A stretch of 64,000 bases of DNA from Negaprion brevirostris (taxonomy: Eukaryota): assembly GCA_030324005.1 (NCBI GenBank), contig JARDVH010000132.1:91573905-91637904 (forward strand), in the 5' to 3' direction. The notes under the pieces are model-generated. The model worked only from the letters and a program-made list of their open reading frames with translations, did no database searches and had not been told where the DNA came from. This document shows, in pieces, positions 1-13,637 of this stretch; within the stretch, counting starts at the first letter, position 1, and every line of letters begins with the position of its first letter. The position numbers and the translations under genes are program-made.

Positions 1-36
1 CAAGCTATTCTTGCGCTAGGGGACCCCAAGCAAGCG

Positions 37-646
37 ATGATGGATTTTGATGAGCGGGTTTCTTGTGGCTCTAATCTTTATTTGCCTAGCTGTACCTATT
101 ATGTCTCCGGTCCGGATTTCTCCAGCCTGCCTTCTTTTTTACCTCAAACGCCGGCTTCTCGCCCCATGACATACTCTTACTCGTCCAATATCCCCCAGGT
201 TCAACCTGTGCGAGAAGTTACCTTCAGAGACTATGCCATCGATCCCTCCAATAAGTGGCATCACAGGGGCAATCTGCCCCACTGCTATTCCGCAGAGGAG
301 CTGATGCACAGAGAGTGCCTGCCTGCCAGCACCATGGGCGAGATGTTAATGAAAAATAGCGCCAGCGTTTACCATCCCAGCTCCAACGCGTCCTCCAGCT
401 TCTACAACCCGGTGGGGAGGAACGGGGTCCTGCCGCAAGGATTTGACCAGTTCTTCGAGACAGCCTACGGTTCCAGCGAGAATCAGCAGTCGGAGTATTG
501 CGGAGAGAAGAGTCCAAACAAAGTGCCGTCTGCGGCAACTTCAAGTTCGGAGACTTCCAGGGTGTCCGTGGAGAAAGAGACGAGCCCCGGGAGCAGCAGC
601 CCGGAGTCTTCTTCCGGCAACAATGAGGAGAAAGGCAGCAACTCCA
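37..646 (+). CDS. hoxa11: Homeobox protein Hox-A11, exon 1
   Basis: The ORF begins [40 protein letters not shown], a Hox11 N-terminal domain. The donor is CCA|GTAGGT at 647 (phase 1). The first ATG could be 37 or 40. Confidence 0.95.
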
Positions 647-1882
647 GTAGGTAGAGTCAGTGCCCAGTTGTGAGAGAAAGTTTTGCGATCTCGCGCGCTG
701 CTGTTAAAATTTTTATGTGCTGTTTTATAAGCATATAAGAGGGTTTATGGATGGCCTGTAGATTTCCCAACAAAACTTTTTTTATATAAATGACAGGATC
801 ACGTGTTCAGCTCTGAAATTGGCCGTGAAATAACTCCAGCCAATCGCTGCATTAAAATACTTCCACCGGCACCTCAAAAAGTGAGATTGGGGTTAAAAAT
901 CCGATCATTTATATGAGTGGGTGCAAAGTTAGCAAAATTGGCTGTTGGCGGCTTGCGATCTTTGCGTGTATTAATACAGCTCAACAATTCTATAAAACAC
1001 ACGTGTTGACACAAAAACTCTATTTATAGGTTGTATTCAGTTCCATGAGTAACCGCTTTAAAACATAATGTGGCAAAATGACATTTTTAACAGCTATATA
1101 AATACTGCAATACCTCTAGCATAGAGCTTTCCATCATAAAAACTTATTTCAGGGCCGGGTGACCGTATTTTATTTAATAATCGCATTTTATAGCTCGACG
1201 TTTGATCGACGCAGTTCTAACGCTGCAATATTGCCTCTGAAGGCAGCTCCATGTTGAGTTTTACAGCGCAGAATGACTAAAGAATTAAGCCCCCTCCCCT
1301 AAGGAACGGATTGTTGCTACCAAGCGTCTTTTGAAAAAAAAGACAGCTCAAGTTTCCCATTCCCCAGTCCCTTTTAGTTTGAACTCAGCAGATAAAATAA
1401 AACTTTTTTTAAAACTTCCTGCTTTTCATCAATTTGCTGTCTTTAACGCACAGATAGTGGGACGCCCCTCCTTAAAGGAGAGCGTTTCCCTTTTCAAAAT
1501 AAAAATTGTAGCTAATCCCTGGATGCGGGAAGTTCATTTGTAACTTTGAAGTATATCATTGGAATGGGAGCTAGCTTCAACTTAACAATTCCACAACCAT
1601 TAGAACTAATACAGATCGAGGCAGCCATCTTTTGTCCCAAGGACCAGTCAAAATATGAAAGAAAAGAGGTGGTATGCTTTAGAGAACGATTCGGTACTTT
1701 GGACACTGCTGGGTGAAAAAAAAGTATTGTCTGAAAATNNNNNNNNNNNNNNNNNNNNNNTTCAAACCCCCAAGCCCTGTGAATATGTGCACAGCAAAGC
1801 ATATATTAACAACGCATGGAAAGATGATGTCTCCTCTACATTTCCAATGATCAAAGTTTAACGTACTGTTTACCTGTTACAG

Positions 1883-2115
1883 GTGGCCAGCGTACACGCA
1901 AAAAAAGGTGCCCCTACACCAAGTACCAGATCAGGGAGCTGGAGAGGGAATTTTTTTTCAGTGTTTATATCAACAAAGAGAAGCGGCTGCAACTTTCCCG
2001 GATGCTCAACTTAACCGACCGGCAAGTGAAAATTTGGTTTCAGAACAGGAGGATGAAGGAAAAGAAGTTAAACAGGGACCGCCTTCAATATTACACCACG
2101 AATCCATTGCTTTGA
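1883..2115 (+). CDS. hoxa11: Hox-A11, exon 2 (homeodomain)
   Basis: The acceptor TACAG ends at 1882. The exon reads [76 protein letters not shown], with TGA at 2113-2115. The ORF track shows a different frame here. The spliced protein is about 280 aa. Confidence 0.96.
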
Positions 2116-5100
2116 GATTAGACTGAGATTCCAAAGAGGCATTTCTCCTTCCTAATTTCGCCTTCTACGAGGAAAGCGACCAGGGCAGAATGCAGAGGTA
2201 AAATAAAACTCAAGTTCGAGTTTGGGAGCAGACACTTTGGTACAGTTTTAACAGGCCGGACAACTTTGCAAAACTAAATGGGACGTTTAGTTTCAACTTA
2301 AAAAGAAACTAACTGGAATTAATGTTCATCGTTTATTTCACACTCACAAACATACACACACACTTACTATCATATTCTCACTTGTGTGATCTACATGCTT
2401 TGTACAGAGGGTGTCTCAAGAGATTATTGTTGGGATACCAAGGTGAATGTTTGGATTTAGTTCAGCGAAACAGATTTGTCTTAATTCTAAGAAGAATGCG
2501 GCTTCAATATGAACACGGACCTGTGTGTGCGAGCCCTAGGAAAACGAATTGACTGTTGTGGACCAGCTGCAATATAAAAACAAAGTAATAAAATGTGCGC
2601 ATGCTTTAGATTAGGAAGCTTTCAGTGGCGCTCACTATCAATCACAAGTATTGGGTATATATATTTTTTATCTTCAGTTACAATGGGTAGCAACCAGCCT
2701 GGTTCTTTTGTAACTGAACCTTCCGTCGGGGGGTGAGGTGGGNNNNNNNNNNNNNNNNNNNNNNNNNNNNNNNNNNNNNNNNNNNNNNNNNNNNNNNNNN
2801 NNNNNNNNNNNNNNNNNNNNNNNNNNNNNNNNNNNNNNNNNNNNNNNNNNNNNNNNNNNNNNNCCACAATAAATCCCTGTTTTGCACCCCCCCCCCATAA
2901 ATAAAGATGAGTAGTTCCCACCCCACCCTCCACTATCCCAAATGGAGAGCATGCATGTAAATATCCAAGCTGGATTTCATTCTCATAAAATGGCTGCTGA
3001 TGGGCTCAAAGGCGTTTTTGTGTTAAATTCATAATCGCCACCAAAATAAGCAAGTGTGATTGAATTCTGTTTAGAATGTAAAGTTTGTACCTTTTTTTGC
3101 CGTGGTACTCTCTGTATAAACACTTTACCGTTGAAAACATAGCTTGGAATAATACGATTTTTGAAAACAGGTTACTTTATGCTTGCTGAAGCAATCCGTG
3201 AGTGTTTACTTGTACTTGACATATTGTGCGTCGTCATTTGGAAATGCAGTTTTTACTTTTAACTTTTGAAAGAGAGATACTATCCATGATGGCATACTTG
3301 AGCACAAAGTATTGTAAATATTAGGCTCTTTTGGTACAATATGAATGTGTATTTACAGTTTTAAATAGGATTAGGGTTTTAAAAACTGCTGCTCATGCGT
3401 CTATTATTTTCACGGATTCCTTCAAGAGATGACAAGTTTGCAGTACTTACAATATTGAAGCCATCTTTATCCGTGTGAACCAAAGACAGAAACTTATTTT
3501 CCTTGAACACATACGTGTTTTATTGCACAATGGTAACATTTCCTGTACTTCACCGTATAATCTTTTTATAGGCCGACATAGCTATAGGCCGCATTGTACA
3601 ACTATCGCCTACCCGTTACCTGATAACATATACCAGCCTTTAAAAATTGTTCTCTTTATTATACCAATTTAATTTAAATGTTTCTTTGTGGCCATTACCC
3701 TCATTAAAATAGATGATTTCCTTGTACTTTTCACACAAAACGTCAGACGACAGTGGCTGAGTGTTTGCCTTTGCCTTTTTTTGGGTGGGGGGGGCGGGGG
3801 TATAGGGGGATTATTTTAGATTAATCTGAAAAACACTGAGATGTATTAAGAAGATTTGAATATGCATCGCAAACCGTGGTGCTTTTTACATTAAACATTG
3901 AAATTTTGAAAAGAAATGCAAATTCCTTGAAGGGGAGGTCTTAATCAAATGCTGTTTAATTAAATGTGATGCCGACATTTGCTTAACATTTGTATATAAT
4001 TTATATTTATCAGTTTGATTAAAAGAGTGTGAGATTTGCATGTATACTGTTCAGAGAGCGCACAGTGGGATGCAAGGTGGAAATTCTGCTTGTTCTGGAG
4101 GACGATCAATGTAGGCTTCTTCAACTTTGCTGGGTATTCGAGGCGAAAACTAAAACACATGCAAAGAGCTGTATTAATGTGCATTTCATGTACGTAATAA
4201 ACAATCATTAAAGCTGGATAACATTCCACATCATTCTATATACACGGGTATGCTTTTCTTTAGTTCACTTCCTGGAAACTTGGAAATTCATATTAGATTT
4301 TGGACAATGTAACACTAGTTCACTTCTTAATGGCAGAATTGAACACAACTTGACGAAAAAAAGGGTTGAATTGCCAGAATTCGGATTAATTTAAATCTAA
4401 TTTATTTTGCAAAGGCAAATGTTGATTCTGAAATTTGGATAATACCGCGAATTTAATTTCCCTTATTGGCAAACATTCCCTTGTGTTTGATTGGGTTTGT
4501 CGGGGCCCTAGTTTAGCATTGACTGTAATCGCTTTCGTTTGTACTACAATATTTTTTAATGCCAGTTTGCATTCTCTTTTCTTGCTTGTTTCCTGGCTTT
4601 GAACTTCTGTTGCGCCATGGACGTCACCTCTAACCTTGGGGGGGGGGGGGGGGGGCGGGGGAAGGGATAATCAGGCCTGATGCTTCTACACACTGGTTAG
4701 ACTCCCGCCGGAGGTAGCCGGAACCCGATACAATTTGTAAGAGTCTGATCAAGAGTTCGAGCGAATTATGATCTGGCATCATGGAAGTTTAATGTTGCAT
4801 GCAAGGTTGTTTTAATAATGGATGATACAGGCTGTGATTAAAGATTTGAGCGTAGCTTTTAGCTCGATGGAAGAGGGAGTTGAGATCAGCGTTGTGCCGG
4901 ATTAAGAGGCTGTGGCATTCAAAGCAAATGACAAGGGATCGTCTCTGTTGCTGTGGTTACTAACAGCAGGACAAGCTATAAAGCCCGTTTAATGTGGCTC
5001 TTTGCGTATTTGTAAGAAAACCGCAGTATATTTAGAATTCCAAATGCGGTGGACGTAATCAAAGAATTCGATTTTAGCTGTTCTGACGTTCTAGGTAACA

Positions 5101-8100
5101 TTTTGCGTCCGTTCTTGGTTTCTGTAGCTGCCACACTACAGAACTGTGACAATGAATTAATTCAAAGGACGTTCAGTCCACATGGTGGCGCCATTTAGAT
5201 CAANNNNNNNNNNNNNNNNNNNNNNNNNNNNNNNNNNNNNNNNNNNNNNNNNNNNNNNNNNNNNNNNNNNNNNNNNNNNNNNNNNNNNNNNNNNNNNNNN
5301 NNNGTCAAAGCCGCTGTAGGGCAGCAAAAAATCCATAAGCAGAAATACTTGGTCCATCGTTTTTCCAAAGCAGGAGTTCCAAAAGAAATATGTTCGTTTC
5401 TTAAATCCGAATCGAATGCTGAAGAACTTCGCAAGGTAAATTAAATCCAATAGGCCCGGAATATCCCAAAAGAGCTCCCAAATAATCGTTTTTGTTAACA
5501 AAGGTAGGTGAGTGGACTCCATGTAGACACAACATGGAGGTTTTATTCGACCCAAATCCACATAATAGTTTAAAGATTTTTCAACCCGCTGGATAAATAT
5601 TAGGACACCAGTGTCAACGAAATAAATATCACAGATGTTATGTCTCAGCTAATGTAGCAATTAAAGTTTAGAGAGCTGAAAGGTCCGTTTGAAATTTCTT
5701 TCATTTCGTCGGGAAACCCTCTGGGAAAGGGGGGCTGCCCGGTTTCATTTCACAGCAGACGGGAATGGAATTTTCCAATGTAGGATAGTCGACACGATAA
5801 AGCTTACCGTTTAAGTAATACACTTTGGTAAGCCATTTTATAGCAGTAACAATATGAAATGCATATTGAAAGATTTGCTGGTCATGAAAGAAAGATTTGG
5901 TTCAGGAGTTAATCTTTTACTTTAAATTTCCGTTTAATCCTACATTTTCTGTAGCACACTTTCACTTTTACAAAGTATCAACAAAACGCCATCATGAAAA
6001 AAACCGGCATGCCTGTTCTTAGAACTTGATGTGCAATGTTAAATTAAACTGGTTTCCAACAACCCGGGCACTTTGCATCTTCATGACGCGAATACCTAAA
6101 TGATCATATGTGTTATTTAAAATCTCAGATAAAGTTCAAATATATTTACCCGTTGATCTTGGGTGTGGGGTTCAGTGTACAGCGCGTTTCTGTAAGTTGT
6201 CTGCTGAATTTTCTTGGGTATCTTCCACTTATGGAAAAAAAACAACCCTTTATTTAAAGGAATAATCCATTCTGGCTTTATCTTTATCTGTTTCTTAAAT
6301 ATCGATTGAAACTTAAAACTCCAATTGAACCGCTGAGATTGCTTGATGCATTAATTTGAGATTTGCCGCTTCTATGCCAGACCGGGCAATGCTTGTTTCG
6401 CATCAATTCAAAGTTAACTTTAAAATTTAAAGAATCATTGCACTTGTTGCAAAGAACAATTTTAGAGATATTGTTTTTTAAAAATCGATGGAACGCCAGC
6501 TTGTTTCTAATGCATGTACCAGACGAAATTAAACGGTTAAATCAGGAATGAATGGAATGTATATTTACAGAGTATTTTCCTGCATACTTTTTCATTCAAA
6601 CGTTTACTTTTCTTTAAATATGGACGACTAAATAACGAAGGCATTTAACTCGAAATAAATAGCCTCAGATAATGCAATGGGATGCAGAACATTTGACAGA
6701 AAATCATTTTAGCTCTGGATTTATTAACTAAACTTAAACGCGATTTTAGAGCCGTTTTGAAGTAAATTTGTTGTGAACATTATACCTGTTGGTCTTAAAT
6801 TGCATGTGCAGGAAAACAAATCAAAATTGTCCTGTAGAACATCTCTTTCGGCAACGTTTCCCTCTAATAAACTGCCTAGCTAAAGTTACCCGAACAAATT
6901 ATATGCAACAACTATTATTGTGTTCATTTTTATGTAGTATATGCATTGGAAGTAAAATGTGTATATAATGTATTTTTGTTCACTGTGCTTCCGTGTATAC
7001 ATGTGTAAATTTACGTGACTGTTTATCTAGTGAAAGATTTAGTTAAAAAAAAAAAGCTATGCATGAAATGCTGCCTGGTTTTAATCCGATTTTTTGCTTT
7101 AGTTAAATTGCAACTGACTTAGTTTCTAAACCCGAATAATGATCAGATTGTAGATTTGCAATATATTTTCTCCCTCTCAAATCATCTCTTTGTTTTAGAC
7201 GATATGACAAATCCGACATCTTCCAATTCTTACGGTGCTTGTTATTTTAATAAAATGTTAGCTAGTGTTCGATGCATGCTATAATCCCATCAAGAATCAG
7301 TATGACCTCAATATTNNNNNNNNNNNNNNNNNNNNNNNNNNNNNNNNNNNNNNNNNNNNNNNNNNNNNNNNNNNNNNNNNNNNNNNNNNNNNNNNNNNNN
7401 NNNNNNNNNNNNNNNNNNNNNNNNNNNNNNNNNNNNNNNNNNNNNNNNNNNNNNNNNNNNNNNNNNNNNNNNNNNNNNNNNNNNNNNNNNNNNNNNNNNN
7501 NNNNNNNNNNNNNNNNNNNNNNNNNNNNNNNNNNNNNNNNNNNNNNNNNNNNNNNNNNNNNNNNNNNNNNNNNNNNNNNNNNNNNNNNNNNNNNNNNNNN
7601 NNNNNNNNNNNNNNNNNNNNNNNNNNNNNNNNNNNNNNNNNNNNNNNNNNNNNNNNNNNNNNNNNNNNNNNNNNNNNNNNNNNNNNNNNNNNNNNNNNNN
7701 NNNNNNNNNNNNNNNNNNNNNNNNNNNNNNNNNNNNNNNNNNNNNNNNNNNCCCAAATCCCCCCAAAAAACCGGAGAAACAGTGATGATTTTACACGTGA
7801 GATTGCCAACACTTTGCAACTGTGAAGAATGAATAAGAAACAGTAAGAGGAACCAAAGAACAAACATTAGTCCCGACCTGCCGCTGTGAGCTTCAATTTA
7901 ACTGTTCGGAAAATAGAACCGTCTAGACATCTCAAAGTTAATTGCACATTCATCGATTTTTTTTAGATTAGCTAATTTCTTCTTTTGCGATTTCAGAGAA
8001 AACGCACGGCAACCGCTTTTCATTTTGGGCAGCTTGTTAGATTTTATAATCATTCATATTCAAGGGCATTTTCGGGTTAGCGCCCTAACACGTTACTTTG

Positions 8101-11100
8101 CATGCAAACTTTCGCAGTGTAACAACTGAGCTCCGCAAGAGAAATAATAATGTGCGTTAACAAATATTTCGCTGAAGAACAGCCTTGTTTCCATAGCACT
8201 GAATTGCCAAAAAAAGATAGGCCTGGTTACAGTAGGTCCTTTGTTTAGAAGAAGGAAATGTAATAGCGAAAGGTTAACGTTTACTTTCTTCTGGATCATT
8301 GAAACTATATATTAAACAGAAATAGCATGTGCACACTTCATATTTGAAGACGTTACGCTGCATTTTGTTGTAAGACATTAGTCATTCCGTTATGTTATTG
8401 AGCGATTTTAGATTGAGCATTGATACCACAAATCCTTCTTTGTTCTGAGGTATCAAACTATTGAATGAAAGCGTTCCAATCAGTGCAGCTCGACACAGGA
8501 GACTAATGTGAGAAATTTGTTGTAATTGTATATTTTACGCCGAGACTTTATTTTCGATGTGGCACATAACATGGGCCTTCTTTTGGTGTGTGACCTGACC
8601 CCCGCTGCGTCACCTTCACCGTGGCCTAAGGGACTGAATCGNNNNNNNNNNGGCCGGCGCAATAAACCCAATGGACAGTTCAGTCAGCGGATTTCAATAA
8701 CGCTGTGCACCAATTTACATAGAATAACTTCAAATAAAATCAGAATTCGTGAATCTGATTATAAATTATATAAATTAACATCAAGTTATCTTCCCAAATA
8801 AACCGCTCCGTATTTCAACAAAATCCAATCAAAACCTCTTTAATTCTAAAGCGACATGGAAGGGTATATCTGAGCGTGTCGGCGCTTTTCTGTCTTTATG
8901 TTCATGTGTTTTGTATGCATCGTTTCTGCAAATGTGAACATTTTTCACCTGTATTCTTTGAAGGGAAATTAGCGTCTGAATCATTGAAAGACTTCTTTTT
9001 TAAAAGGGAAACCGGTATCAACGTGTCATTCATAATACTGCACAGGAAACAATTCACTCTCTTCAGCCTAGATAATAGATTTTAAACCCTGACAACAAGG
9101 TTGGGCCCCCCCCCCCCNNNNNNNNNNNNNNNNNNNNNNNNACACCCTATTTCCATCGGAACGTTACTTTGAATTGCTGGAAAAGTTTTTCATTGAATAG
9201 CTTTGAGTGACAAAAACTGTTGTTGATATATAAAATGTGTAAATGGTTCCAGTTTTCACCAGGAGCGTAAACCATCAACTTCACATTTAGAACGTTTACC
9301 TTGCGAAATGTTATGCATTGTTCATATTCGGACTCGGTGGATTCATTTCGAATCACAAACTTCCATCGCTATCCCTTTGTTTTCATTGCTTAAGTGGTTA
9401 CCTAGTAGATAATTGTAGAAAAAGTAAAATTGCTGAACGGAAATCGCTTAAGATAAAACAAATGAATGCATTCACACTTTACTCCAGACATTTCCACTGA
9501 TCTGTTTAAGCAAATATGTTTTATTATTTACTGGGATTAATATTATCATACCAACGCGTGTTAAACAGTCATGTGCCCATTTCTGTTGTACTTTATGTTC
9601 TAATCGGCCTTGCTGTGAACGGTAGAAGTTTTTCGCCCTGCTTTCTGATTCGATTCCCGTTTCTTTCTGTTGAATGCATCTGTTAGAAGATTGTTTAAGC
9701 AACACTGTTTGCTTCTCTCAGTTTTAAACCATCTTTTGTTTCGTCTGAGCAGTAAGTACCTTCAAAACTATTCATCGGTTTCCCTGCAGTTGAGTGCGGT
9801 TGCGACAATTTAACAAATTATTTAGAATGATAGATTTGAGATAAAGGAAGCTTGAAGCGATTCCACCATGGACAAGTTGTTTGCCTTTTGACTTTAACGC
9901 TCTTGACTGCGATCTGTGTCCTTTAGATTGTGCTTCAAGAAGAAACTCTGTATAAGGTTCCCATTGGGAAACGTTTAAAAATTAAATCCAGGTCTTTTTG
10001 CTCCTTTTTTAATGTACTTTGTGTTTTAAACTTTAAATGTAAAAAAAAGAAACACTAATACCATGGGGTTGTCAGTCTTCAGTGCTTTTATCCATAAATA
10101 ATTTGCACACATTCATAAAGTTTACTTTTTAAAAAGGTCCATCTGCAAAACCATTGTGATAGCCAAACTGTACATGGGTTTCAGATGACTGTAAACTCTT
10201 TTAATATATAGCAAGTAAAAAGGGCGCCATTGTTTTCAGATTTATTTTTGACGCACAAAACAGTTATTTCCCTTCGAACCAGCTGGCGAATCATGAATAA
10301 TTATATATTTTAAAAGCAAAAGGGGATATATGTTAAAATGAAGTCCTCAATGGCAAGTACTAGCTCTAGTTGCTAGACTGAAAAGAACTCGCTGCGCACA
10401 TACAATGGCGCGTACACTTGAAGAGTGGGGCGATTTAAAAAAAACTTCACAAAGTGTTTCATACATTTTGTTAATGAAATCAGAGGCAAATAATTGCAAG
10501 TAAGCTCACTCCGAGCGGAAAGAGATGGATAAATGAGACTTCTCTTTGGATCTTTATTTAGGAAAGCACAGTGAAAGACACATTCTGTCTGACTTTCAGT
10601 CTTAAGTTCACGATCTAGGCTAAGAACGAGCTCGAGTTCTGAGTGCGGTCAGCCTGCTCTGTTCAGGCTTTGAAATCGCTTATTTACCAGAGAACCGCCG
10701 CTCACTCCACTGATTTCTATCTTCGCTTTTTCACCGCTGGCAGGACAACATATCTTCTACCTCGTTCAATGCAATGTTTCAAGACGTTTGTTTATTGCTA
10801 AAGCGCTGAAGGAGAAATGGAGAAATCATGTAATAACCACGATCAATAGAGTTTGGAGATGAGAAAATTGTCTTCGTTGTTCTTTCTTATGTCAAGGGGA
10901 ATGTGTTCAACGCTAAAATAAATGTATAACATGCGGGTTTAGGCGGGATCTATAAAGCTTTTTCTTACATATATATTTTGTGATGTTACATGATCAAGCG
11001 ATTTTTCTGCCCCTACCCTTCCTTGGTGGAGTTAATCATATTTCTTGACTGCTAGCAATGTCGTAATTAGAACTTACGGCACCTTAGAAATTAGGAAAGA

Positions 11101-13637
11101 AACTTTTCGCCAGCAAATGCTTCCTGCTTCAATTACTTTCCAGAGCGTGGCTTTTTAATGTGTACAGGAGTCACACGGCCCTCGCCCCGTTCCTACCAAT
11201 AAAGTTCGCAAAGGGCAAGAGTGCCCTTAGAAACTGCAGCAACCAATCTACTATCCACATTACAGTTTTACTAGGAAATTGGGTTATAAACATTTAAGCC
11301 CAACACTACCAAAAAAGTATACGAATAAAATTACCCAAACATGGAATCAATGATATATTTACCATCAAAACCCAGATAAATAGCCTGCCTTCAACACATA
11401 AACGCGCTGCTAGTTAGCATTGTACAGTAGCTTGAGTCTTTATATATGAGACTCTGGTATAGATGACAATTGTTATTTCCCTCCCATTAAATCTCCGTAT
11501 GCTCCCATGATCATACGTGTCATAGGCACAGTGGGACTGCAAAAGGGAAATTTTCTTTTTTTTTGATAAAGTTTTTTTTATAGGGTTTCTAGACGACCCT
11601 GATAATTCTAAGCAGTTGCTAAAAAAACATGCAAGAATAAGGAATCCTCTGAGGCGGCCCCTTAGCAAACACGCTGCGTGCAAAGCCGGCCTTCATATCC
11701 CGCTGACTTTACCACAAACGATATTTTCAATAACCTGCTTTAGATTAGCAACATTTTCTGAGCTTCAATCCAGCGCCAGGAGTTAAAATAACAACAATGG
11801 GGATGGTAGTGTAGAGATGAGGCTTGCNNNNNNNNNNNNNNNNNNNNNNNNNNNNNNNNNNNNNNNNNNNNNNNNNNNNNNNNNNNNNNNNNNNNNNNNN
11901 NNNNNNNNNNNNNNNNNNNNNNNNNNNGAGGCTTGCTGATTTTGGGGGGGTGGGGGGTGTGGAATTCGAGGGCGCTTTAAAATGACCTCGCAGTAAAACG
12001 CAGCAACGCCAGAGACTGAAGATTAAGTCCTTTGTCACTGTGAAATCACACTGTTTACTCCCGATCCCAACCTAAAGGCTACTTCTCCGGGCGTCATTAT
12101 TGGCTGCACTTGATTGCAGAGGTGGCCGAACAAAATACAACTAACAAGTCGCCTGTTCAGAACCGCATTGATATCTGTCACATTGTACATAAATGCCACA
12201 AAATCATTAATTCGAAGAAATACTATGCGCATACATTAATAAACATACACGTTTCCTTTAGTCAAAATGTTACTTTTTGGGGATGTGGTGGTGAGCTAGC
12301 ATACTCCTTAATTTCTTTATCGCAACTTCTACCGGCACCAGTAATAGGCATAAAAGTGTCACTTTGTCTATATTTGTCTCTGAACCCTACCTCGTTCCGA
12401 AAAAAAAGATTCACAAACCGAAGATCCCTCTTCCCTACTGAAACAGTCAGGGTAATTGCAGTTTTATTTTCTGGCTTTATTTTCTAAAGTTACCTTTCGG
12501 ATAGGGTGGCGAGAGAAACTCTGGATGAAGCTTCTGTTCGGCGCCTTATTTCAAATTTGACCGGTTTGTAGTTGAGCGCCTTGTAAAATTCTGTTTAACA
12601 ATGTTGTTTCCCCTTTTTGAGACGAAATGATTAGATCGATTTTATAGATGTGTTAAATGCTGTCTACTGTAGCCCAGCCAGCGGAAGAACACATGGTTAA
12701 AACATTTTGAAAGAAATGTTTCGATTTCTTGAAATGGCAAGTATGAAATATCAGAAATGGTCAAGGTTCAATCAACTTCTAATATGCAATGCTGGCGAAA
12801 TAGAAGAGGAAAGATAATAAATGGGNNNNNNNNNNNNNNNNNNNNNNNNNNNNNNNNNNNNNNNNNNNNNNNNNNNNNNNNNNNNNNNNNNNNNNNNNNN
12901 NNNNNNNNNNNNNNNNNNNNNNNNNTAAATGGGTTATGTTACTTTATTAGTTTGTTGTCACTGACCTTCTACACTTAACCTACAGAGCTACAGCACGTTG
13001 CATTAACCTACTAAACTTTAGACTACAAACATCAAACCAGAAATGCAATCTAGCGGCTGTAAGTTCCGACCATGCGTCACAGAATAGTACTGGAAGTAAC
13101 AATCAGCAAAGCCCCAGCGTAGATCACAATTATAGTGATCACTGTGGAAATGTAGCAGCAACCGGCAAACTAATCACAGGCAGACCCGTGAAAGTCAAGA
13201 TTACTCATGTTTTCTCGCCTGTAGCCGCCAGGGAATCTTAGTGTGTGATTATAATTGCCTAATGTTGGGCTGAAACTTTCCTTTTTTTTACCAACTTCAT
13301 CTGTGAATAATTTAAAATAATAAACGGATTGCTACTATGACTCAGTAACGCCGCGTTAAGTCTTGCTGAAAGTTCTGGTGATAGCCTGTTACACATTGGA
13401 GCCCCGCTTTTATTTTATTTGAAGGACGTGATTCTAATAAAGTAGAACCGAGTAAATAAAGATGCATTTAGACGCTTTTGCAGTTTACCGATTACATATG
13501 GTGACCTTATTGCAGTTGTAGTGACGCAGCCCTCCAAGGAGGAGGGGCTTGTGTCCAACTGTGCCATTCGATTGGCTCATCCCGCCTGTCGTGCTGCGGA
13601 GGTATCTCTAATCATATTCAGCGTGTTTGCACAAGAA

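Noticed and set aside
224-673. Alternative-frame and antisense ORFs over HoxA11 exon 1, and similar ORFs over the A10, A9, A7, A6, A5 and A4 exons
   Set aside because: These are shadow ORFs of GC-rich Hox coding sequence with no recognisable domains.
4637-4667. Long G runs and C runs (also about 14470-14500, 56935-56990, 60084-60112) as G-quadruplex candidates
   Set aside because: These are simple homopolymers with unreliable lengths in a draft assembly, and there is no independent evidence of function.
7262-7867. Long ORFs in the track spanning N runs (also near 2622, 5157, 11745, 12757, 31199, 33414, 62287)
   Set aside because: They stay open only because N codons contain no stops; they are assembly gaps.
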